Origin: a virus
Taxonomy: Duplodnaviria > Caudoviricetes
Direction: 5' to 3' (one strand)
IMG/VR virus record: IMGVR_UViG_3300027985_000330
Coordinates: 1 to 56,306 of that record
DNA: 56,306 nt
In this document: one piece after another, positions 42,340-51,145 of the stretch
Position numbering within the stretch: position 1 is the first letter of the stretch
How the letters are laid out: the number at the start of each line of letters is the position of its first letter
Notes under the pieces: generated by a model
The model's database searches: none
The model's input: only the letters and a program-made list of their open reading frames with translations
Told to the model about the DNA's origin: nothing
Made by a program: the position numbers and the translations under genes

Positions 42340-42644
42340 TACTCCTTGACTTTTGAAAACGCTTTCTGAATTTCTTCGAATGTTTCCTTCGCAGACGATT
42401 CGCCTTCTTTTAGTTTATTCAGCAATTCTGCGGTTGTTGGAGTTTCCATGTCGTCATCGTTTTTGATAACGTTGTAAATGGCTTTCCCAATTGAGAATAA
42501 ATCGGGAACGTATTTTAAAATCGCAAGTGCTTTGACGGCGATTTGATAAATGAGTGTTAATGACATAATAGCTATTTGTTCAAAAAATAGCATAGTCAAA
42601 AACGAATTAAAAGCAAATATGAACAAACGTTTACATATTTTAAT

Positions 42645-42726
42645 CAATAAAAAAGCCGTCGAAAGACGGCTAATCTAACACTGAGTTGGATTGCACCTCG
42701 TTACCCCGGCAATCAACATTCTTGTT
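42645..42726 (+). repeat. ~82-bp direct repeat copy 2 (terminator + first attC-like site)
   Basis: Matches 31721-31803. Confidence 0.95.
42649..42671 (-). terminator. Rho-independent terminator closing cassette array B
   Basis: Identical to 31725-31747. Confidence 0.8.
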
Positions 42727-44200
42727 GGCAAGAGTATTTTTCTTTAAGTCTGCGAAGTTGCTCGCGTTCATTCGCTTCAATTTGCTCCCGTTTTTTATGT
42801 TCAGACTCTAATCTAAACTGATATTCTTCATCTGTTTCAAGTCTATCATATTTTACCTCAATGGTTGCAGTCGCGCTATCATAGAACTCGTATGCATCAG
42901 TTCTGAAGATAGTATGCTCTATATGTTCCTCCGGAATGTATTCAACCAAGTCATTAATCCACTTTTGAAAGTCTAAAATGTTATTATTCCAATCGGAAAT
43001 ATCCAAATCAGACCAATCTTGATCGTTGTATATATATACTGTTTTAGTTCGTTTTTCCATTTTCGTAAGTTTATTTAATGATAACAAAGCAGTTCGATTA
43101 ACTCGCTACCGCTCGCAATCGACTTTTGGGTTAGCAAAGTAATTGCTCTATTGCTATAAGCATACCAGAAGCTTCGAGCATTTGCCCGCCAATGACAGCT
43201 TTAAATGTCTTTGAGTTTTCTGGTGATCGTTCATACTCCTTTTCTAGCGTATCAATTCTGCCATTGATATAGCTAACAAGTCGTTCGAGGTCGGAATTGC
43301 GAACACGCCGCAATTCCGAAGTATCATTATTTGTTGTCATATCTTTTCGGTTTTAAAGTTTTAGTTACTCGCAATCCCTCAACTTATGGTTATGCATATG
43401 ATATTGCTTCAATCAGTTCCTTATATTGTGGATTCTGTTTTATTGCGCGTTCTGCACCATCCCAATACAGATCATCCACAACCCTTTTTGGCATCATTGC
43501 CTTTGCGACTTCGATTTGTGATCTTAGTCTCGCTTTTGCCATTTTAATTTGGCGTATTTGTTCTTCAATTTCTGCATTCATGGCATAACAAGGCGTTTTA
43601 AAAAATTCCGCAATTCTCCATCTCTTTTAGTTCGATCATTCATCATGCGCTCCATTCTTAAACTTTTGGTTCGCTAAAATAAAATTTGCATACTCCAACG
43701 CCCTTGAGCTTCTGAATACTCCCCAAAACTCTGCCCAAGTTCCATCTCCACAATCTACGTTCCACGTTTCCACGCTTGTGTCGAATGTAACAAGCGGATG
43801 ATTTGTTTTTCGTATCCAACTATCTTCGACTTCGTAATCTAATAGAATTAATTGCGAACAAAACGGTGGAAGCAATTCGCTACCGTTCATCTTCTGATTT
43901 TCATTAGTTTGTGTTTTATCGCTCATGCTTCGCCTTTGGGTTTCCAAAATATCGATCAACGTCTATATTCCATTGAATCAACTCATCGATCTTTCGCCTA
44001 ACATCTGCTACAGTCTTGCACCCATCTGCCGTTCCAATACAAGCTACGATCATCATTTCATCCAGTGCCTTGTAGTATATGTTGCCCTCGGTGTCGGTTT
44101 CCGAGAATCCATCAGAACAATCCGCGTAAGAGGAACGCTCTATTGCACTAGTTTTGTTTTCGTTGCTCATGGGTTCGAGTCCCTCACATCTGCGTTAGAG
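42673..44200 (+). mobile_element. Cassette array B: cluster of 6 attC-like sites, no integrase (CALIN-like)
   Basis: Sites at 42673-42730, 43079-43136, 43271-43395, 43583-43675, 43853-43946, 44112-44200 separating five minus-strand ORFs (ending at 42713, 43131, 43390, 43636, 43916). Confidence 0.85.
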
Positions 44201-44209
44201 AATACATAG

Positions 44210-44659
44210 TTAATTTAATCGTTTCGCTTTATATGCTGCATAAGCTTCATGTATACGCTCCATTAGCTCTTTATCGCAAAACTCTGATAGATTCATTAAC
44301 GACGGTCCATTTGTTACATTTGCATCAATCTCGATTTGCTGTGTTGGCTTTCCGATCACATACTCAACAATTTCTTTTACTCTATTAAAGTCTCCTGAAT
44401 TTGCAGCATTTAAACATGCCCTTGCAACAATCGTGACAATTATTGGTTTTGATCGATCAGATGCATATTCCTCTATTGTTTCGATTTTCTCAAAAACAAG
44501 CTCCTTAAATGCATTTCTCAAATCTATTGCAGAATACCCAAGTTCTTTAATCTGTGTATATATCTTAGGTTTTCCTCCAGATCTATTTATATTTTCAGGA
44601 CGATCTTTGAAATTATTCTTCATCCAGTTTTTTTGTTTATGTATTGGAGTTGTTGGCAT
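44210..44659 (-). CDS. Terminase small subunit (probable)
   Basis: FKDRPENINRSGGKPK and IVEYVIGKPTQQIE motifs typical of DUF5681-like TerS. Confidence 0.65.
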   Translation of the reverse strand: MPTTPIHKQKNWMKNNFKDRPENINRSGGKPKIYTQIKELGYSAIDLRNAFKELVFEKIETIEEYASDRSKPIIVTIVARACLNAANSGDFNRVKEIVEYVIGKPTQQIEIDANVTNGPSLMNLSEFCDKELMERIHEAYAAYKAKRLN

Positions 44660-44667
44660 TTTAAAAA

Positions 44668-45039
44668 TTAAGTATTTATATTTTTATTACTATCATACCC
44701 ATATGATTGTAGATGTTTTTTTCCTTTAAAAAACTCAAGTATTTCTTTTATCCATTGATTGTGAAAATCATATAATTCTTTATCGTTGTCTATAATATAT
44801 TGCTCGATTCTCGAATTAAAAGAAAGATTTCCAGAACCTTCTATTGTATAATAATTCCCATCATATGTTTCGATTGAAATTATTTTAGCATGGGATGATG
44901 CAAAAATCAACTCAACTCTATTGTTATTCATAAATAAATCCCTAGTCAACGCTTCTTTTTTAGAACATGCTTTATTTCGAAGGTTTGAAATCAAGATTGT
45001 TGCATCTTCTATAAGCCCTTCGTTTATCATATGAAACAA
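44668..45039 (-). CDS. PLD-like domain fragment
   Basis: SHAKII ... EGSGNLSFNSRIEQY; appears N-terminally truncated. Confidence 0.5.
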   Translation of the reverse strand: MFHMINEGLIEDATILISNLRNKACSKKEALTRDLFMNNNRVELIFASSHAKIISIETYDGNYYTIEGSGNLSFNSRIEQYIIDNDKELYDFHNQWIKEILEFFKGKKHLQSYGYDSNKNINT

Positions 45040-45121
45040 GATAATCTACGTCGTCTGTATGACGACTTGAACCAAGCGATCTCAATGCTTGTCCTCCGAT
45101 TAATATCTTTTTACTTTCCAT
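44972..45121 (-). pseudogene. Nucleotidyltransferase-like N-terminal fragment
   Basis: LIGGQAL...SRHTDDVDYLV then abrupt end. Confidence 0.45.
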
Positions 45122-45300
45122 GATTAAAGTATCAAAAAAAATGATCACAATTTCAATAAAAAAGTGATCATTTTTATATTTTTTTAAAAAAATGTTTTTA
45201 TTCGTCGCTAATATCAACATTTTTTGAATTTAGCACCGCCATAAACATAACAATAGTAATAGCGATTATTGGTGTTAATATAATTATAGTCTGAAATGTA

Positions 45301-45795
45301 TTATTCATGCTTTTTAAATACTCCATTTTCGGTTGTTCCTGTTCGATTCTTAATTACGTTATATGCCGACTCAAGGCAATCAACGACATCAAGATCATTC
45401 TTCGATGCGATAACATTCAACCAGCAAATTGCCTTTGTCAATAACATTTTTGATGTATTTTCATAAATTGCGTAAATTGCTAGTAATAGATTAAACATCG
45501 CATCAGCTTCGGATTGATCCATGAACTGAAACGATCGTTCTTTCCCGAGTGCCATCACATCAACATCAACCGGAATACCAAAGATTTTTCCGAATAAAAT
45601 TAATGTAACCAAAACATCCCCGATTGCATCTTTGATTTCCTCGTGATTATTTTTGCAAATCCCATCAGCGAGTTCACCGCATTCCGAAGCGCACTTAAGC
45701 AATTGCTTAATTTGATTGCCTTTTACGACAATTCCTTTTTCACGTCCCCATTCAACAACGAGATCATGCAATTCTGTGTATGTATATTCGCTCAT
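45301..45795 (-). CDS. MazG-like nucleotide pyrophosphohydrolase
   Basis: SECGELA, DAIGDVLVTL, CLESAYNVIKNRTG...GVFKK. Confidence 0.85.
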   Translation of the reverse strand: MSEYTYTELHDLVVEWGREKGIVVKGNQIKQLLKCASECGELADGICKNNHEEIKDAIGDVLVTLILFGKIFGIPVDVDVMALGKERSFQFMDQSEADAMFNLLLAIYAIYENTSKMLLTKAICWLNVIASKNDLDVVDCLESAYNVIKNRTGTTENGVFKKHE

Positions 45796-45797
45796 AA

Positions 45798-46694
45798 TTA
45801 AAATACTTCTGTTAGTGTTTCTTTGATTTTTCGGATTAAAAGTGTATTTAGAGTCTTAAAATCTACTTTTGGCATCTTATATTTTTTAACTATATTCCAA
45901 GATTCTTCAATAATGAATTCATTAAAACAGCGTGACAGTAATTCTGGTATATATTTCGAACTCCAACCATCGTGTAATTCTTTCACTTTTTCGAATTCTT
46001 TTTCGATAAATGCAGTTGTCGCCAAATCATTAATGATCTCTTCTTCAATCATCTTAGATCCTTTCGATTCTGGAGCACCCATTTCTTTTCGATGCTTTTC
46101 TTTGAATTCGCTCGTTACTATTTTTGCCCATGTTTTGCGACCATATTTATTTTCGTAATTATAGTTTTTGCAAACTACACCTTCTCCAGTTCCTTCACCA
46201 TCCTTTATTAGATAGTTATTTTCGTCTAAACATTTTAGCAAATTCTCATATGTAGGATTATTAATAATGCGCAATGGTGGAATATATTGGATACCATATT
46301 CTTCCAAGATTTCGCTGTATTGTTCATAGGTTAAATAATCTCCGCATGAATCAATAACATCAAATACGTAGAAATTGCGCCATGCCGATTCTCTATATGT
46401 TTTTAATGAATGCGGAACGAGCCATTCTCCAGCTAAACGAAGTTTTGGAAATTCTTTGAAAAACTCTTCAAATTGTTTCTGAGTTACCGCCCAATTCATA
46501 AACCCAGCATTATCATTTTCAATACTTAATTGGCGATTGCGTGATCCAGCGCAAAGTTCACCATCTGAATCGAGCCAGAGCTGAGCATTTGTTCCGTCTA
46601 TTTTCGGAAACACATAAACGCGACCGATAAGAATTCCGTCTGTTTCATCAGTTCCCAATCGTTCAACGTGCTGATATTTTTGATATTCACTCAT
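45798..46694 (-). CDS. RNA ligase (Rnl2-like)
   Basis: KIDGTN, GSRNR, GEW, FYVFDV, EGVVCK, WAKIV nucleotidyltransferase motifs. Confidence 0.85.
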   Translation of the reverse strand: MSEYQKYQHVERLGTDETDGILIGRVYVFPKIDGTNAQLWLDSDGELCAGSRNRQLSIENDNAGFMNWAVTQKQFEEFFKEFPKLRLAGEWLVPHSLKTYRESAWRNFYVFDVIDSCGDYLTYEQYSEILEEYGIQYIPPLRIINNPTYENLLKCLDENNYLIKDGEGTGEGVVCKNYNYENKYGRKTWAKIVTSEFKEKHRKEMGAPESKGSKMIEEEIINDLATTAFIEKEFEKVKELHDGWSSKYIPELLSRCFNEFIIEESWNIVKKYKMPKVDFKTLNTLLIRKIKETLTEVF

Positions 46695-47179
46695 TTTATA
46701 TCCTTTGTTTCAAAATCATTAAGTATTGTAACCGCATCATTTGGCTTCGTTATGTCAGTGTTATCAAGCTTTTTCGGATAACCTGGACGTTCGATCCAAA
46801 ATACATGGCAATCATATCGCTCGCGGATTAAATCAAGCTCACATTGACGGCGAATTCCATCAACAACGCTACAACCGCGATTGATAAGCTCACCAGCTAA
46901 ACACGCCGGATCATCATCGCACATCCTGTTTCCATACCATACAAGCCACGGTCTCCACGCTTCTTTATTTGACTTGATTTTCTCGTATATGGCATACCAC
47001 GAAGTAGCACCCATAAAACCACCGAATAAATGATAAAGCTCTTGAGCGAATGTCTCAATAATGATGTCACTCGTGGTTCCATGTTTCAATCCGTGAGATT
47101 CTGCAAATTGCTTGCCTAAAGTTGACTTTCCAACTTCCGGTCCAGATCCAAGAAAAAGATATACTACTTGTTTTTCCAT
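46691..47179 (-). CDS. Deoxynucleoside monophosphate kinase-like P-loop protein
   Basis: GSGPEVGKST, VDGIRR..E, WIERPG. Confidence 0.6.
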   Translation of the reverse strand: MEKQVVYLFLGSGPEVGKSTLGKQFAESHGLKHGTTSDIIIETFAQELYHLFGGFMGATSWYAIYEKIKSNKEAWRPWLVWYGNRMCDDDPACLAGELINRGCSVVDGIRRQCELDLIRERYDCHVFWIERPGYPKKLDNTDITKPNDAVTILNDFETKDIK

Positions 47180-47426
47180 AGTGCCTCAATGATAGGATCA
47201 TTTAAATGTAGCGTTGCTTTATGTTGCATGAAAAATGAATCTTTTTGCATTTCTCGTAATTTTCTAATAACTTCTTTTGCTGATTCTCGCTCTCTTAATG
47301 CTATATATTTTTGATATTTGAACATTAAAGATCCAATTACGCAAAAAGAACGGTTAATTTCTTCACAGAATTCATTAACTCGCTTTCTTAAAGAATCAAT
47401 GAATTCATCTGATATTACATTGTTGT

Positions 47427-47816
47427 TCATAATTCGTAAACCTCCAATCCTAATTCAATAGCCTTTGCAAGCTCGATATTCGCACCTTTTGAGTTGCGCC
47501 AATCTCCAAACAATAAAATCGCATCACACGCAACGAGTTCGCCCAAGTCGCGTTCAAGCAATTCATCATATGTTGTATTCGGCGGTTGTTTATTCCAATC
47601 CCATCCAAGCGGGAGTCTAAACGGATTAATACCATGTTCAGCGTCAATTCTTGCCGGATTCACGACGTCCCATCCTTCACACGTCATTTGTGTTTCTACC
47701 GCGTAAAATGCTGGAAAATTATAGAATTCCAATCCAGTCATGCGTGAGCTGATATACAGCTTGCGTTTTCGTCCTTCAACCTTCGAGTCAAATATCGTTG
47801 GTAAGTTATACTTCAT
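47427..47816 (-). CDS. DUF4406 / nucleoside deoxyribosyltransferase-like
   Basis: LYISSRMTG..YNFPAF, VVNPA, CDAILL..W..SKGA.IE. Confidence 0.85.
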   Translation of the reverse strand: MKYNLPTIFDSKVEGRKRKLYISSRMTGLEFYNFPAFYAVETQMTCEGWDVVNPARIDAEHGINPFRLPLGWDWNKQPPNTTYDELLERDLGELVACDAILLFGDWRNSKGANIELAKAIELGLEVYEL

Positions 47817-47963
47817 CTTTGAATTGCTCGCTGATAATTTTGTTTATATACGCATTCTCTTCGATTGTGAATACAAGTTCATTTGGCTTGCATATCATTT
47901 GACTTACCATCATGATAATTAGCTTTTCGCATAGATCACGATAAAAGTTTCTGTCTAGTTCGT

Positions 47964-48356
47964 TCATTGTTCTAGCAATTCTGGATTATCATGAATGTTT
48001 CCAATTATTTCTATATTAAATGCCCTATGCAATAGCGAAGGTAGTTTATGTGGCTTCGTGCTTATGAATTTCCAATATCCACCATTATCAGACCATTCCA
48101 CTTTTCCGTTTCCATTCATTTTTTCCATCCCAAAATCAGCTTTGACAATATCACCCTCATAAATATCTATCCAGTCATTGTCTTTGATTCCGACGCGTTG
48201 ACCTAATGTTTTTGAATCAATTTCTAAGTTTACTATAGTTTCTGGTCTTTCATCGCATATGAAATAATTATCTTTACTTTTACAAAAACCTCCATAAATC
48301 CATTGCCCGTTGTCTTTTCGTTTTCCTCTAAACTTGATTTCTCGTTTCATATTCAT
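47964..48356 (-). CDS. YopX family protein
   Basis: REIKFRGKR, IYEGDIV, EIIGNIHDNPELLE. Confidence 0.9.
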   Translation of the reverse strand: MNMKREIKFRGKRKDNGQWIYGGFCKSKDNYFICDERPETIVNLEIDSKTLGQRVGIKDNDWIDIYEGDIVKADFGMEKMNGNGKVEWSDNGGYWKFISTKPHKLPSLLHRAFNIEIIGNIHDNPELLEQ

Positions 48357-48357
48357 T

Positions 48358-48798
48358 TCAGCTTTCTATTAACATTTTACGATATTGCTTCATTCTCAGC
48401 TTTGCATTATTCGCAGGCTCAACGCCATTGTCAAGCAAAATTTTACGCTGTTCCTTCGATGACAATCTACCAAAACGACGCACGATGATAGGCAATCCTT
48501 TTGGATGCATAATGTCTGTTTGTTTCGTTGACCATATAGCGCATCGTTTCAGGATTGTCTCAAGATCGAGTTCGTATCTCTGAACAAGCGCATTCATTCG
48601 CGTTTTCCATGCGTTTTCGATTTTACCTAGCAACACATTCGATTCACGATGCACGACTCCACGAACAAAACCGCTGCAATGGTCGTGATCTACAACTGCG
48701 CAATCATCATTAAGCGGAATATCAAGAATAGGGCATCTCTCTGGTTTGTTTGCAATGCGCCACTCTCGAAGTTCGTCTGTGTTACGTATGATTTTCAC
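48358..48798 (-). CDS. Endonuclease VII-like (His-Me) nuclease
   Basis: CPI, VVDHDHCSGFVRGV, N..LGKIEN. Confidence 0.8.
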   Translation of the reverse strand: MKIIRNTDELREWRIANKPERCPILDIPLNDDCAVVDHDHCSGFVRGVVHRESNVLLGKIENAWKTRMNALVQRYELDLETILKRCAIWSTKQTDIMHPKGLPIIVRRFGRLSSKEQRKILLDNGVEPANNAKLRMKQYRKMLIES

Positions 48799-49763
48799 AA
48801 TTCACCAAATAATTCTTGTTGGTCTTGTTTCCCTGAATTAACAGCTTCATCGCAGTTAAGAACAGCTTGCTTATAATATGTAGATTTTAACTCTGCTCCG
48901 ATTGCTTTTCTTCCATTTATTAATGCCCCGTATGCTTCACTTCCAACACCCAAAAATGGAGTTAATACTACTTCATCTGGATTGCTTCTTAATACAATAG
49001 TCCTCTCAATGACATCCAGTTGCAAAGGATGCACATGGCGTTCATCGTCTGGATCTTTACATTCCTTATATGGCAACACACGATCAATTCGAATGTCATC
49101 CCAGAATGCGCTCGCATATTGTCGCCATATCCAATGAGAATAACGATTTTCAGTTTGCTTCCCTGTATGCCCTTTCCATTGTAACAATTCATGTGGAATC
49201 TGTCTTTCGCCAGCATATGAATGTAATCCGGTTGGATGAATAACAGGAACTTTATTTTCTCCTTTTTTTCTAAACAAAAGCAAATAGTCCGCGCTTGCAA
49301 CGTCACATAAAATTGAATCATCAACAATCTGTTTGTGAGCTAAACCTTTTGCCATTGTTCTGTTTCTAACTCCAAGAGGTTCTTTCCAAATATGGTAACG
49401 CGCAATATATTTAAAACCAAGCCTTTCATGCATTCGGATAATATCACCAGGAAAGTCAATCAATGATCCACCAGTATTTGCTCCATGAGTTGGAATATCC
49501 ATGCAATGAACAGCACTACAACGACCCGATTTTGTAGTTCGAACAATTTGGTTAACTAAGTATTCATAGTGCTTAAAAAACTCATCATATGATTTGCAAT
49601 TACTCATATCACGTTCATCTGAACTGTAATTATATAGTCCGCAAAACGGAGGAGAATAAATAGACAAATCAACAGAATCATCTGGCAATGCGCTTACGAC
49701 ATCAACGCAATCTCCATTATAAAGAGCATATCTATCTGTTATTTTTTGTGCAATTACATCCAT
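48795..49763 (-). CDS. DNA methyltransferase, N4-C/N6-A beta class
   Basis: SPPF, HVHPLQLDVIER, TPFLGVGSE. Confidence 0.9.
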   Translation of the reverse strand: MDVIAQKITDRYALYNGDCVDVVSALPDDSVDLSIYSPPFCGLYNYSSDERDMSNCKSYDEFFKHYEYLVNQIVRTTKSGRCSAVHCMDIPTHGANTGGSLIDFPGDIIRMHERLGFKYIARYHIWKEPLGVRNRTMAKGLAHKQIVDDSILCDVASADYLLLFRKKGENKVPVIHPTGLHSYAGERQIPHELLQWKGHTGKQTENRYSHWIWRQYASAFWDDIRIDRVLPYKECKDPDDERHVHPLQLDVIERTIVLRSNPDEVVLTPFLGVGSEAYGALINGRKAIGAELKSTYYKQAVLNCDEAVNSGKQDQQELFGEL

Positions 49764-51145
49764 GTCGGTAAGTTTCCTTTTGATTTTTGTTTATTATTTT
49801 TTTGCAATTTCAATTCATTATTCATAAGCGAAACTAAATTGTCAAACATTTCCATTGCTGCAATTTCTTTTCGTTTTAAGTTTTGTAAAACGTCTGATTC
49901 TCCTTCTGTTGCAATAACATCAATTGTAACTGGATTCTTTTGACCGAAACGCCAAGACCGCCTAATACATTGATACCATTGTTCGAATGAATGAGATGGG
50001 AAAAATGTTTGATGATTGCAATGTTGCCAATTAAACCCAAATCCAGCTACTTGAGGTTTTGTAACTAATACTCTAAGTTGTTTTGACTGAAAAGCCTTAA
50101 ATAATTCCTCTTTTCTTTCGTCTGAATCGCTTCCGCTAATTTGCTTTGCATCTGGTATTAACTTCTCAATCAAATCTCCCTCGCGGTTTAAATGACACCA
50201 AGAAACAACAGGATCTTTTGTTGAACATGCGATCATTGCAGCGTGTTCGCATCGCTCATCAACCGTTCTTGATCTTTCTTCCCGCTGTTCTTGTAATCCT
50301 CTCGCCGGAAGTGGTAATAAATAACCATCTTTTAACGATCTAGCTTTTACAATATGTTGATTTGTAATTAATTCAGGAAGTATGAAATTTCCATCGTCAA
50401 ATCCCATATCTGAAGGTTTTCTTAATGCCCTTGCCCATGAGCAAACCCATCTCCAGAAATCTCGTTCAGCATGACCCCTAAAGCGAAACTTACCCCCAAA
50501 ATCATGAGACCATCTTCTTGCTCCATTTCCGCTACCTCCTTGCGCATACGAATCATTGTTTGCCTTAAAAAACATTTTAAGCATATCAATATATCCAAGT
50601 TCTCCTAACGCTTCACTGGATGTTCCAAGCTCAATATAATCATTTGGCGCTGCCGTTGCAGTGCATAATAAACGATATGGCATTTTCTTCATGAATTCTG
50701 TCACCTGTAGCTTTGTAACACCATCGAAATTTTTCAAAATTGAGCTTTCATCGCATACACATCCTATAAAATCATTTCTATCAAAATAATGAAGTCTCTC
50801 ATAATTTGTAACAACGATTTTTGATGAAAATTTACCATCAGTGCAACGTTCTGCATTAACTCCTATTTTTTCAGCTTCCTGAATCATCTGAAATCCGACA
50901 GCAATCGGAGTTATTACTAATACTGGTTTATTTGTATGTCTAACAACATTCTCTGCAAACGTTAAAAGCATCCTTGATTTGCCCATCCCGCAATCTGCGA
51001 ATGTTGCCGATCTGCCCTTTCGAATGTTCCATGTAGATATTTCTGTTTGAAAATCAAAGTTATCATCTGGCATCCAAATTGGATCAAATCCATGCATTCC
51101 GCCTAAATGAGTTTTATTCTCAATAAATTTTTCGTAATCTGTCAT
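49754..51145 (-). CDS. SNF2-like superfamily 2 helicase
   Basis: DCGMGKS, DESSILK, TATAAPND, QCIRRSWRFGQ. Confidence 0.88.
   Translation of the reverse strand: MTDYEKFIENKTHLGGMHGFDPIWMPDDNFDFQTEISTWNIRKGRSATFADCGMGKSRMLLTFAENVVRHTNKPVLVITPIAVGFQMIQEAEKIGVNAERCTDGKFSSKIVVTNYERLHYFDRNDFIGCVCDESSILKNFDGVTKLQVTEFMKKMPYRLLCTATAAPNDYIELGTSSEALGELGYIDMLKMFFKANNDSYAQGGSGNGARRWSHDFGGKFRFRGHAERDFWRWVCSWARALRKPSDMGFDDGNFILPELITNQHIVKARSLKDGYLLPLPARGLQEQREERSRTVDERCEHAAMIACSTKDPVVSWCHLNREGDLIEKLIPDAKQISGSDSDERKEELFKAFQSKQLRVLVTKPQVAGFGFNWQHCNHQTFFPSHSFEQWYQCIRRSWRFGQKNPVTIDVIATEGESDVLQNLKRKEIAAMEMFDNLVSLMNNELKLQKNNKQKSKGNLPTWM

Noticed and set aside
44171-44183. GGG-TTCGAGT-CCC resembling a tRNA T arm / att site
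   Set aside because: No D or acceptor arm nearby; lies within the attC-like site 44112-44200
31749-44200. Regularly spaced palindromic elements as a CRISPR array or simple terminators
   Set aside because: Units are not identical, spacers are gene-sized, and most lack U-tracts; attC geometry explains them better
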